Positions 35,101-42,801 of a stretch of 53,126 nt of DNA are shown in pieces (within the stretch, counting starts at the first letter, position 1; the number at the start of each line of letters is the position of its first letter). A program made the translations under genes and the position numbers. The DNA is from a virus (lineage: Duplodnaviria > Caudoviricetes), in IMG/VR virus record IMGVR_UViG_3300031953_000274, positions 1 to 53,126 of that record; one strand, written 5' to 3'. The notes under the pieces are model-generated. The model was not told the origin of the DNA. It saw only the letters and a program-made list of their open reading frames with translations, and ran no database searches.

Positions 35101-38100
35101 CCAGAATCAATCATCTTCTGGTAGTCAGGCTGAGGCCATGATTCGGACAGCGGTACGCCGGCAACGTCTTTCTCTTTCGCGTCGGCCATGCGGCTTGCGT
35201 AATCCTTTCGGGCGCCTTCTAGCTTCTGGCCGAAATCAGATATAATGGAGTCCCGATTAGGCGCGCCACTTGCTTGACTGGCTGCCGGCGCCTTGCTCTC
35301 TGCCTGACTGGAAGGCTTGGCATCAGCGGCTTTTGGTGCTTGACTGGGTTTTGATTCTGGCTCAGCAATCGGCTTGGTTGTATCCCCATCCTGCATCCAG
35401 GCCTTAAATTCATCGGTGCTCATACGGGTGATGGGGCCAGCGGTCCAGCCTTTCTGATAGTTGTCCAGATACCCGGCCTTCGCGGCCTTCTCGTTCTGAA
35501 AACCAAGCATTATTTTATGCTCGTCAAAGGTGCCGTCAGCGTTGGGCTGGTCAATCACGAACACCTGATCTATGTCAGGATCCGGGCCAATGAACACATC
35601 CAGGTTGTCGCCGTCTGCCGCCGTGGTGCCTTTGATGTCACCGTAATGGTGAGCCATGGTGTTTTCCCACGCCTTTCCATCCGGGTCGGTTCCTGAGCGT
35701 GTGGAGCCCTTCGGGTTCTCAATGGCAATTTCTATGCCCTGAATGCGGATATGGCCTTTTTTATAATTATCTGCCTTTACCTGTCCTTCGGTGGGGCTTG
35801 TGTCCGTCTCTGCTGCGGCCTGTGAAAGCAGATCATTCTGTCCACGCGCCTCGGCCACATCCGCCTGCCGGTCACTGCCAGATAGTACGAAATCATCCGC
35901 TTGGGCATCGGCCTTGTCTTTCTGCTCGGCGTCACGCTTGGCCTTGGTAGCGGCCTTCTCGGTAGCATCGCGGTCTGCGGCTTGCTTGGCCAGGCTGGCT
36001 TCGGTTTGGGTGGTTAGGTCGAGGTCGGGGGCTGCTTCTGGCTGTCCGATTTCAGGTTGTCCGCCTTGACCTGCTTCAGTGGTGTCTGGCTTAGGTACTG
36101 GTTGACTTGCTCTCGGCTCTTGCCCTGGTTTAGCAGCCGGTTGCTCGCCCTGTGTTTTGCCATCTCGTCGGCTATCCGGCCCATATGTTCCTCGTTCATA
36201 GCTCAATAGCTCCTGTTTCAGATCCTTGACCACGGCGGCCCGGCTTTCACCATCATACACCCGGCGCGCAGCACGGTTGACCATTTCATTCAGTGCTGGC
36301 GTGGTGGTGACACGGCCAATAAGATCCAGACTGCGAGCGCTCTGCTCGGTAATGCTCTCGTTGGCTTCGGTGGCAATCTGATTGCCGGCGCTGGTCGCTT
36401 GGTCGGCGTGCGTGTTCAGGCTCTTGAACAGCCGCTTGTCAGAGTTGAGTTGCTGGCGCAGATTGTCCAAGACCTTCAAGCGGTCCTGCATCAGACTGAT
36501 TTCTTGGGCGTCCTCGCCAAACAGCCCGCCCTGGTTATCGCTGGACGGTGCAAACTCGGCGGCCCGGATCTCGTTAACCAGCAATTGGCGCTGGTAATCG
36601 GTTTGCGGTTCAATTTTCTGGAACGCTTTGGCCGCGGCCTCCTGCTGTGATTGCTCACTGAAAGCCGTCCCCACGGTGGCGCCGTCTTTCTCGCTCATCT
36701 GGCCGGCCGCAACCATGCCAAATACATTGTCTGACAATTTGGCCAGGGCTTCGCCATCCCGCACCAGCTGATTGTTGGGCAGGTTGAATTTGTCGCGCAC
36801 CTTGTCGGCGGGTGTATTGCCGTCACGGAACACCTTAGCCGCGTCGAGGGCTTCAGCTTTGCCGTCCGCAATGTTGTTGGTGGCGGCAGCCAGTCGGGCA
36901 TCGGGTACACTCACGCCGTCCGCCTCATCAACTACACGGGCGTTGACTTCGCTCTGACCTAGACGCTTGGCCAGGTCTAACCGGTGATGGCCGTCAGCGA
37001 CGTACAGGGAACCGTTTTCGCGGCGGTGCAGTAGAATGTCCCCGGCGCGTCCGTCATCCCACTTCTTAACGCCCTCAAGGCGCTTGTCCACACCCTGCTC
37101 ATTGACGCGGCTGCGGAACTGGTAGGCTTTCGGGTCAACCTGGATCTGATCGACGGGAACGCGATACGTGCCGGTGCCGGTTTCGGTCAATGACTCGGAT
37201 GCGGCAGGAATTGGCGGCGCCGGCTCGGCAGTCTGTTCACTCTGAGGGGCGCCCTGGCTGGACGGCGCAGAGACTGGCGCCTGATCGAACACATCAAAAG
37301 GATTGCCAGCGACGGTAGCGCTTGGCTGAACCCCGTCACGGAACACGTTGGTTTGATCGGTTGCCCAATCAGGACGACCGGAGTAGTCGTTGACCGGTGC
37401 GTTGTCGCCACTGGGTGCGTCTGGCTGCAGGGTTGGCAGTGCCAAGTCGGCAGAGCCTCCCTGGACTTCATCCTGAATGGTGGGGGGAGCGGTGTCAGCC
37501 TCTCCGCCCGCTTCGGTTGTCGCGCCTGAACTGCCCGCCATGCCGCCGAGAGCGCCCACGCCTGCGCCCATGGTGGAGCCGGCAGCCAAACCGGTCACCA
37601 TTTCATTCACCAGATCGGTGTAGGAATATTCTTGCGCGGCGTATTTTTCAAGTGCTCGCTGCTTGGAGTCGGATTCCATGCCAGATTGCAGGGTTTCCGT
37701 GCCACCCTCAATGACAAGCCCCTTCGCGCCTTCACCTACTGGGCCGCCAGACAGTCGGCCCGTCAGCGCGTCACCCAGGAATTTGTTGAAAGCCAGGCCC
37801 AGCGCGGCGCCTACCGTTCCCGCTTTGAGTGCGGCGGGGTTGGCGGCCATGGTAGACAGTCGGTTGGTGGCTTCTTCTTCTCCATACAGCTTGCGCAGAT
37901 CCGAATAGTAAGGGGATTGTATCTTGTCCGCTTCGGACATTCCGCGAATGGTCTGATCCACTTCCTGTCCAACCATGGCGCCAATGGTCACGCCTTCACC
38001 GGAAGAGCCTGCTGCAGCGGCCAGCCCAGCGGCCAACTTCTTCCCGGCGCCCAGTGCCGTCGCGGCTTTGGCGGTCACGCCGGCAGCGCCCATGCCAGGC

Positions 38101-38576
38101 ACCATCATCGGCAGCGACTGAACGCCTAGACCAAAGTACGTCCGTATATCGGTTGCGCCTTCGCCCAGACTCCAATCCTCGTTCACGAACTTTTTGTTGT
38201 TCGCGGCCACCTGCTCGGGTGACAGCTTTTTCTGCCAGTAATCTTTTGCGTCGGAGCCAAGGCGGGTTAGTTCGTCGCTGTTGAACAACCAGCCCGCACC
38301 TTCCAGCAATGAGCCGGAGCCCATACCCCACAAGCCGGCAGCGTCCTGAAAAATGGAACCGGACTCTTGTTCTGGCTCTTGGGTTAGGGTTTCTATCTGA
38401 GGGCCCGCAATGCTTTGACCGGTGGCGCCTTCGTTGTTAGCCGGCAGGCGGCGGTCAACTTCACGCAAGCCACTCGGTATCGGCTGACCCTGCGCCGCGT
38501 CGAACGCATCAAACGGATTGGCGGACGACTGACCACCCGATGCAGGCAAATCAAAGCGATCAAAGGCGTTAGCCAT
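29148..38576 (-). CDS. 3142-aa polyvalent protein, probable ejected internal virion protein (ParB-like, InPase-like, LPD5/LPD1-like, two zincin motifs, ART-PolyVal-like, LPD38-like)
   Basis: LYVADGHHR; NYKKGH..IENPKGSTRSG..YGDIKGT..DGDNLDVFIG..FDEHK; DFGQKLEGARKD; AHEWWH; LHEVVGH; FQKWFGDSKVVD..PLIVYHGS..GFFF..QIKS..NNGNFD; IPLPYG. Confidence 0.85.
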   Translation of the reverse strand: MANAFDRFDLPASGGQSSANPFDAFDAAQGQPIPSGLREVDRRLPANNEGATGQSIAGPQIETLTQEPEQESGSIFQDAAGLWGMGSGSLLEGAGWLFNSDELTRLGSDAKDYWQKKLSPEQVAANNKKFVNEDWSLGEGATDIRTYFGLGVQSLPMMVPGMGAAGVTAKAATALGAGKKLAAGLAAAAGSSGEGVTIGAMVGQEVDQTIRGMSEADKIQSPYYSDLRKLYGEEEATNRLSTMAANPAALKAGTVGAALGLAFNKFLGDALTGRLSGGPVGEGAKGLVIEGGTETLQSGMESDSKQRALEKYAAQEYSYTDLVNEMVTGLAAGSTMGAGVGALGGMAGSSGATTEAGGEADTAPPTIQDEVQGGSADLALPTLQPDAPSGDNAPVNDYSGRPDWATDQTNVFRDGVQPSATVAGNPFDVFDQAPVSAPSSQGAPQSEQTAEPAPPIPAASESLTETGTGTYRVPVDQIQVDPKAYQFRSRVNEQGVDKRLEGVKKWDDGRAGDILLHRRENGSLYVADGHHRLDLAKRLGQSEVNARVVDEADGVSVPDARLAAATNNIADGKAEALDAAKVFRDGNTPADKVRDKFNLPNNQLVRDGEALAKLSDNVFGMVAAGQMSEKDGATVGTAFSEQSQQEAAAKAFQKIEPQTDYQRQLLVNEIRAAEFAPSSDNQGGLFGEDAQEISLMQDRLKVLDNLRQQLNSDKRLFKSLNTHADQATSAGNQIATEANESITEQSARSLDLIGRVTTTPALNEMVNRAARRVYDGESRAAVVKDLKQELLSYERGTYGPDSRRDGKTQGEQPAAKPGQEPRASQPVPKPDTTEAGQGGQPEIGQPEAAPDLDLTTQTEASLAKQAADRDATEKAATKAKRDAEQKDKADAQADDFVLSGSDRQADVAEARGQNDLLSQAAAETDTSPTEGQVKADNYKKGHIRIQGIEIAIENPKGSTRSGTDPDGKAWENTMAHHYGDIKGTTAADGDNLDVFIGPDPDIDQVFVIDQPNADGTFDEHKIMLGFQNEKAAKAGYLDNYQKGWTAGPITRMSTDEFKAWMQDGDTTKPIAEPESKPSQAPKAADAKPSSQAESKAPAASQASGAPNRDSIISDFGQKLEGARKDYASRMADAKEKDVAGVPLSESWPQPDYQKMIDSGADPVAVGFARAARDEVPSKPRAAWKLKGWVRKVEALRTFTESIMAGDVSIEDVRASAKSDPYHAVDSDVFSRAELYAAVGHSASLKGLRFHSAHYTMFDGVKGNFNKWLVERTAKTTSFGNMPKRLVVADTKDEAIAKFKKLQATLAEKDNPSKNTRFDIYSNRHDKTDVFIGKKIGSNVVRIKEGFTNVKDARVYLAENQAALDAALEKMKNIPAHRKSSNSPRVGADHRNGGDVTPEAFAEALGFRGVQFGNYVEQGRRQADLNQAYDALMDLAGVIGIPAKAISLNGELGLALGARGKGGKRPAAAHYEPGQIVINLTKNSGAGSLAHEWWHSLDNYFGRERGVGSSTRFATDGMPADSIRPEMAEAFKKIRQTVNRSKLKQRSQSLDKVRTKAYWSTDIEMTARSFESYVIEKLKDQNASNDYLANIVSEEYWKASEALGMEDSDSYPYPEAAEIPEIRTAYDAFFEVVESKEADDGSVAMFSREGEFLRSPTQATPNLTATQAETITSGLMDGWKGKPDVIITDRIAQLPQKLREAIRKAGAESDMRGVFFEGKVYILASRIPTRAALEEVVLHEVVGHYGLRTMMGADLKPLLNQVYMSFAQSAEAKKIIRNYFPNGDFSASNSNHRLTVAEELLAHLAETGKHQKLWNKIVAAVREGLRKLGFTLQMTEADLLGILAGAQKVVERGGYSQPSSADNNFSLVMRDLDDQLLTSGGGSSRLKNPVYLKDGSRLSGFTNPAEQTTFYGYDKNGEKFTLHRDRIEPESIVSSRDGNRTANKIREGLQAVSPDTSGERINAARIESGNYSPDGVTPSSFSRSSQTDTEAFQKWFGDSKVVDESGQPLIVYHGSGSRFDTFDEQRMGSFTGAESAGEGFFFTANRVLAEQFRDSAQLARTQIAEIRAAVEQLSESDFEALADSSGMVEDYYTDGREFVIDQIVERLDEDRSAYFDDRSNIDQELRNYIDSDLLNTGEVKSVFLAISNPRIVTVESDTAFDDGLIAREVQTAKRAGNDGVIIKGMLDTAAMDDKGNNLIASDVYVTFKPNQIKSTENNGNFDSDSADIRFSRAGDPDAQPFGPPSDTLIRQTVSKFADKFTVLKGVQQNINERFGEISEDANAYRFEESFHGKVENDVRLIQESMVEPLAKQMSRDGVTLEQLDEFLYAMHAPERNKVIAARNPEMPDGGSGMMNAEAAAAINRVDQAGNLTKYKSLAGKVHAMLERRRQILKDAGLLDEDTLGAWEASYKFYVPLKGWAADEQQTSMPRSGKGFAISGNESRLAAGRKSKAASPTANTISDLSEAVLRHRKNEVGNAFLNLVNSYPNGDYWQVFTAENPEVERKAVKRIDPATKKTVVRVEEQAVPMAMMSDRYFTTKVDGKTHYIKLEDERLLKAMRNIGPENNNILIRSLSAVTRLMSTLNTSYNPEFVISNFSRDIQTAILNLTSEQSSDDGMARGTRIAAKTVKDVPGAIRAINASLKGKPLTGRAGEWQAHFDQFRADGAKTGWFDMKDVDGQMKDLEAMMSMAGGGFTNRSRQAFRAVADWVENTNSAIENGVRLSAYVNAIEAGISRAKAASLAKNMTVNFNRKGELGTTMNALYMFANASVQGTANFIRTLGRLNGVKGDPMWSRLNTAQKIAAGMAVGGFALSSLNRMVAGDDDDGINWWDKVPDYVKERNIVIMKSLYGGEPGTYWTIPLPYGYNIFPVIGLSMEHMLASDKSAGDIAGNVVMAALGSFSPIGFQESGEAYGVIAKNITPTILRPIASIALNENFMGGPIYKENFPFGTQKPDSSLYFRSTPEAFKVLAEGLNDGTGGSDYRSGAVDLSPDVMQFLVGYYGGGAYSFFTSRVPNFAVKASTGVEMEDRELPFYRKVSGKVLPYDDQSKFYDRRNEIAQLVDERKNLKGRERLEFAKEYRGKMQLQGMVKSVEKRLKSLRNQRDRIESLELSASEKDERLQKVERRMKGAIDKFNKRYNEASD

Positions 38577-40081
38577 TAAAAACCCTCCGGTAGATAGCCG
38601 TATTTTTGTCTGAACTGCGCGGCGAGGTCAGGGTTTTTCCTGAGCATATCAATGGCAGCGGTGGGCGCCGTTGCCTGGCCGGTGTTCGCTGGCGCTTGTG
38701 TGGTAGCGGTTTGCTGTGGGTCGCGGTTTATGCGGCCAGAATAGCTCCCGTTCTCCTGCTTAATTGACCTCCCGCTCACCGGCAATGCTTCAGCCGTGTC
38801 GCCGGGCACCTTTAGCCCTTTCGAACCAGGGTTGGGAGTTTTCTTGCCGTTGTAATTACGGACGGTCTGCAAAGAAATGAGCGCGTCGTCCTGCATTTGG
38901 TCTGGCGTGCGGTAACCATCCTCCCCGGGATAAGGCCCGTTGTCTTTTTGATATTCAATGCGTTGGTCGATGTAATCAGACACGTATCTTGCCGGGTCGG
39001 TGGTGGCGGTTTTTAACTTGTCCCAGGCTTCTTCCGCCGTATTGACATCAGCCATGTTGGCCATCATCCATTTAGCGGTTTTCACATTCGCCGGGTCTTT
39101 TCCGCCGCCACCGATGGAAGCCGGATCTCCCGCCTTGATGGATTCTCCGGTGCGCTGATTGTAAAGCGTGCCGTCGTTCAGTTTTCGCCAGTCTGCCTTG
39201 CCCGCGCCCTGGGACTGCTCGCCAGATTTTTTTACTTCGCCTGTTCGCTGGTTAAACAAAGAGCCATCGTTCATTTTCCGCCAGTCTGCATTGTCCTGGC
39301 TTTGCGCGTCGTTATAATCCCCGATCACCTCGCCGGTATCCGTATTCACCAGCTTGCCCTTGACCACTGCCGTTTTGGCTTTTCCTGGTTGGTCGCCACG
39401 CAATGCTGCATTAATCTTCGCTGCCGTCTGTTGGCCTTCAGGTGTCTGGAAAGCGTTGCGCATCATACGGTAGCCCTGCACTTGATCTACCAATGTGCCA
39501 ACATTGGTTTGCAGGATCTCGTCGTCGCCTTCTACACCCCGGTTCTTGGTCATAGGGCGCAAAACTTCTTTTCCGTCCTCGCCAGTCACGCCTAGATCAA
39601 ACGTGACCTTCTCGGGCTCGCTGCCAGGGTACATTCCTGCGATGCGCTTCTTGCCGCCTTCGCCACGATTCACGCGATGACCAAAAAGCAAGTTCATCGA
39701 ATAGAGGGCTTCGGGGTCGTTGGCGCCCATCGGGTCGTTCGGGTCAATCACGCGCTGCGCGTTCTCGATGGCCGTGTCAGTTTCGGGGTCGAAAGCAGGC
39801 CAGTATTCAGTGTGCTCTTTAAGAAACGTCAATTCTTCATTATTTGGCATGACCCCTTGGGCCGCTTTGCTAAGAACAAACTTGGCCTGCTCCTGGTTGC
39901 GGTTGCGCTGAGCGTCTTCCTGCTGACCGGCAAACTGCTGCTTCTGCATATCAAAGCTTTCGTCCGCCCGCTCGCTCTGCTGATCTTGCAAGCCTTGCCG
40001 GTGTTGCCGTGCGTAATATTGATCCGCAAGGCCAAAGCCCTGCCCAAATCCCGATGCGAGTCCGCGAGTGTCCAGCGCCAT
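38576..40081 (-). CDS. Putative ejection (DNA transfer) protein
   Basis: GLASGFGQGF N-terminus, Gln-rich helix, C-terminal AIDMLRKNPDLAAQFRQKYG; position before the giant gene. Confidence 0.65.
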   Translation of the reverse strand: MALDTRGLASGFGQGFGLADQYYARQHRQGLQDQQSERADESFDMQKQQFAGQQEDAQRNRNQEQAKFVLSKAAQGVMPNNEELTFLKEHTEYWPAFDPETDTAIENAQRVIDPNDPMGANDPEALYSMNLLFGHRVNRGEGGKKRIAGMYPGSEPEKVTFDLGVTGEDGKEVLRPMTKNRGVEGDDEILQTNVGTLVDQVQGYRMMRNAFQTPEGQQTAAKINAALRGDQPGKAKTAVVKGKLVNTDTGEVIGDYNDAQSQDNADWRKMNDGSLFNQRTGEVKKSGEQSQGAGKADWRKLNDGTLYNQRTGESIKAGDPASIGGGGKDPANVKTAKWMMANMADVNTAEEAWDKLKTATTDPARYVSDYIDQRIEYQKDNGPYPGEDGYRTPDQMQDDALISLQTVRNYNGKKTPNPGSKGLKVPGDTAEALPVSGRSIKQENGSYSGRINRDPQQTATTQAPANTGQATAPTAAIDMLRKNPDLAAQFRQKYGYLPEGF

Positions 40082-40090
40082 GATGGCTCC

Positions 40091-40351
40091 TTAAAAAATA
40101 AATGAAGCGACAAGGCCGACGCCTGCGCCAATGACGGCGCCCACGGGGCCACCTACGGAACCGGCTTGCGCGCCAGCCATCATGCCAACGGCTGCACCGG
40201 TGCCGACCGCGCTCATTTGCTGCGATTTCTCTGCAGCCTTGATGGCGTCGTTTGATCGCTTTTGCTCCGCTTGCTGACCGGCCAGATCGCCGATGCCCTG
40301 CAGGGCGTCCGATTCCATATCGCGGCGTAAACCCATTAATCCGTAGCTCAT
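40091..40351 (-). CDS. Glycine-zipper small ejection protein
   Basis: GTGAAVGMMAG..GGPVGAVIGAGVGL. Confidence 0.65.
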   Translation of the reverse strand: MSYGLMGLRRDMESDALQGIGDLAGQQAEQKRSNDAIKAAEKSQQMSAVGTGAAVGMMAGAQAGSVGGPVGAVIGAGVGLVASFIF

Positions 40352-40812
40352 TGGTTCATCACTCGGTCAGGTATGTTGGACAGCCCCATGCCGCCCGCCA
40401 GGATGGATTGCTGGCGATCCAGTGCGGATATGCGGGCCTCGTTGCCGGCGCTCGCCATAGCAGCGGTACGGCCTGTGACGTTCATGCGCTCTTGCGCTTG
40501 CTGTTGCGCGGGATTCAGGGCGATGCCGTATTTCTCGCGGCTCTGATTGTTGATGGTCGCGGCAGAATCGAATGCCAGGCCCACGGCATCTTTGGCTTGA
40601 GTCGCGGCGTTGGTGGCGGCGTTCGGGTCGGTTGCTTCACCGGCCAGCTGTTCCACGTAAGGCGCAAAGCGTTGCTTCCAGTCTTCCCATTGAGCGCGGT
40701 TAAGTTGCCCCAGTAATTGGGATGCGCCCTGATTGCCCGTAAAGGCTTGGTTGGGGTCGATGGAGTTAGGCGTAGTGGAGGCCGGCTCGCCATTCCAGAA
40801 GTTTGTGAGCAT
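40348..40812 (-). CDS. Putative internal virion protein
   Basis: Start MLTNF at 40812; Ala/Gln-rich; cassette position. Confidence 0.6.
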   Translation of the reverse strand: MLTNFWNGEPASTTPNSIDPNQAFTGNQGASQLLGQLNRAQWEDWKQRFAPYVEQLAGEATDPNAATNAATQAKDAVGLAFDSAATINNQSREKYGIALNPAQQQAQERMNVTGRTAAMASAGNEARISALDRQQSILAGGMGLSNIPDRVMNQ

Positions 40813-40813
40813 A

Positions 40814-41497
40814 TCAGCCGCCCCTGTTTGCAAAGTTGTAGAGTCCGCCACTGGACTTGCCCATATCAAAGTTGTTGGGTTGGGTGCTGAAATCGGTGCT
40901 CATGCCGTACTGGCCAGGAGTGGGCGCTGGTGCTGACGCCTCCATTCCGTAGCGTGTGCCTGCTCCGGCCACATTTCCCAGCAACTGTAGGTTGGCACTG
41001 CGCCGGCTAAAGGCGTTCCGCGCATTGCTGATGGCGTTACTGGACGACTCTTGCGCCAGTCGCGATAAGCCGGCTTGAGCCTGCCCTGACTCCCCCTGAC
41101 CAATAGCAGTGATGTTCTGCAGGCCCATGATCTTCTGGCTGTCCTGCTCAAACTCTGCGCGGCCCAGAACCTCGCCACCGGACGCGGCCACCTCATCGCT
41201 GAGTCCGGCTACCTCGCCCTGATAGCGCCCGCTGTTCGGGTTAATGCCCGCACGGCCAAGACCGTCTTCCATTTGACCTTGCGCTGCCCCTTGTGCGCGG
41301 TTTTGCGCCTGCATGGTTCGGCCCCGGATATAGGACATATTGCCCGCGGAGTCCATTTGCTCAACGCTGGCCATGTAATCATCTTCAAGCGGCGCCAGCT
41401 TATCCTGCGCAAAGTTCCACTTTTCAGCGGCTACTTGCGCCAGATATTTCTGCTCCGGGGTATCCTTTACTGTGTTATCTCCGCCGCCGCCGCTCAT
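40814..41497 (-). CDS. Putative internal virion protein
   Basis: MSGGGG start typical of first podoviral ejection protein; GINPNSGRY. Confidence 0.65.
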   Translation of the reverse strand: MSGGGGDNTVKDTPEQKYLAQVAAEKWNFAQDKLAPLEDDYMASVEQMDSAGNMSYIRGRTMQAQNRAQGAAQGQMEDGLGRAGINPNSGRYQGEVAGLSDEVAASGGEVLGRAEFEQDSQKIMGLQNITAIGQGESGQAQAGLSRLAQESSSNAISNARNAFSRRSANLQLLGNVAGAGTRYGMEASAPAPTPGQYGMSTDFSTQPNNFDMGKSSGGLYNFANRGG

Positions 41498-41910
41498 GAA
41501 AGCCTCCTGATGTACCTGTCGCCAAGTTTTTGCCAGTCATGGAAAATCCTCTGATACCCTCGCCTCGGCGACTCGATCTCGATCTGTTCGGCGCCTATCT
41601 CAAGCGCCAAAGCCTCAATAATAGGGACGTACTTTTTTATCTGCCCACCTCCAAGCCCGTAGGCCACCCAAACCAGAACAGCGGGGCAAGTTGTATGAAT
41701 GGGAAGGAGGATAAAAAAACCGTTGGGCGCAACAAACAAAAAGGCTTGCCGGGTGATGAGCCTTTGACGGATAAGGTTGAGGTCGTCCAGCCCTGCCTTG
41801 GCCTTTACCGCCTGAAAGCCGACGGATAGACCGGGCCATGCGGAGTCAATATCTTCGGGAGGGATCAGCTTAGCTGTCTGATGCAAAGCCGCTTCATTGG
41901 GTCGTGGCAT
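41494..41910 (-). CDS. GNAT-fold-like protein heading the ejection cassette
   Basis: GFFIL..VLVWVAYG..IEALALEIGA..I..ESPRRGY; position analogous to podoviral acetyltransferase-like genes. Confidence 0.55.
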   Translation of the reverse strand: MPRPNEAALHQTAKLIPPEDIDSAWPGLSVGFQAVKAKAGLDDLNLIRQRLITRQAFLFVAPNGFFILLPIHTTCPAVLVWVAYGLGGGQIKKYVPIIEALALEIGAEQIEIESPRRGYQRIFHDWQKLGDRYIRRLS

Positions 41911-41941
41911 GTTATGGCCCCATGTGCAGATTATGAGCAAT

Positions 41942-41973
41942 AGTCTACCACGCAATGCTGTTTATTTAGACAG
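41942..41973. promoter_or_regulatory. LexA (SOS) box next to an extended -10 promoter candidate
   Basis: CTGT-TTATTTAG-ACAG (41958-41973); minus strand TGgTAGACT (41950-41942). Confidence 0.65.
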
Positions 41974-42005
41974 TTGCGGTCGTAGATTCGGGTTTTAGAG
42001 AAAGG

Positions 42006-42395
42006 TTATTGTGCCAGCCAGAAACTCAGGCTAGAAAGTTGCGCGGGCGTGGGTGTTGGCGTCATTTGATTGAACACCTCGGCTTTGACGTGCAGTACCG
42101 CGCCGCGATTCGCTCTGGCTTGTCCTATTTCCGCGTGAACCTGAATGATTTCCGCTTTGCTTAACGGCACGAAACTGTTGTCTTCCCGCTTCCATGCCAG
42201 CTTGCCATCCACCAGTGTCGAAAGCCCATCAAAAAACTGGATCATTTCCGTAAAGTTGTTGTCGGATTCGTTGTCCGCATCGAACACGCCGAAGCTTGTG
42301 GCCACTGGGGCGCGCTTGTGTGCCTCACGCCATTGCCGGATCTGTGCCCAGACCGCAGGCCGGTGGTCCGGGTTAAGCTGCAGGGATCGCTGCAA
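42006..42395 (-). CDS. DUF4376-like tail-fibre-associated protein
   Basis: IRQWRE..FDAD..WKREDNSFVPLS. Confidence 0.6.
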   Translation of the reverse strand: MQRSLQLNPDHRPAVWAQIRQWREAHKRAPVATSFGVFDADNESDNNFTEMIQFFDGLSTLVDGKLAWKREDNSFVPLSKAEIIQVHAEIGQARANRGAVLHVKAEVFNQMTPTPTPAQLSSLSFWLAQ

Positions 42396-42801
42396 TGGTG
42401 ATCTCCTTGTCTAGATACGCTACGGCGGTGAGCTTGAGGATGTAAGTGCCGGGGAGGTCCACGGCAAAGCGTACCTCGCCATCAGTCACTTCGTCGGTCT
42501 GACCATCAGTCACTTCGTCGGTCTGACCATCTGGCCATTTGACGGTAGTACCTGCGGGGATGTTGGTGATAACACACTCGTCGATGCCATCAGCTACAAT
42601 CTGTGACTTGTCAAGTGCAGTTGGAAAAACCCTTTTAGGTTTAACTTGTCCACTTACCACGTAAGCCGTCCTATCGGTAAGCGTGCCTCCCAACTCGATA
42701 ACAGACTCAAACTCAGATGGTTGAATCATTGCCTCTGTTTCAGGACCGTAGTACACCCGATCAATAAAGCCTGTGTTGTCATAGATTGCCCATTGTTTCA
42801 T
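42373..42801 (-). CDS. Tail-fibre-associated protein
   Basis: Follows tail fibre; IVADGIDE..ITNIPAG..PGTY. Confidence 0.65.
   Translation of the reverse strand: MKQWAIYDNTGFIDRVYYGPETEAMIQPSEFESVIELGGTLTDRTAYVVSGQVKPKRVFPTALDKSQIVADGIDECVITNIPAGTTVKWPDGQTDEVTDGQTDEVTDGEVRFAVDLPGTYILKLTAVAYLDKEITIAAIPAA
42479..42531. repeat. Perfect 24-bp in-frame tandem duplication
   Basis: CCATCAGTCACTTCGTCGGTCTGA x2 plus CCATC (encodes DGQTDEVT twice). Confidence 0.95.
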
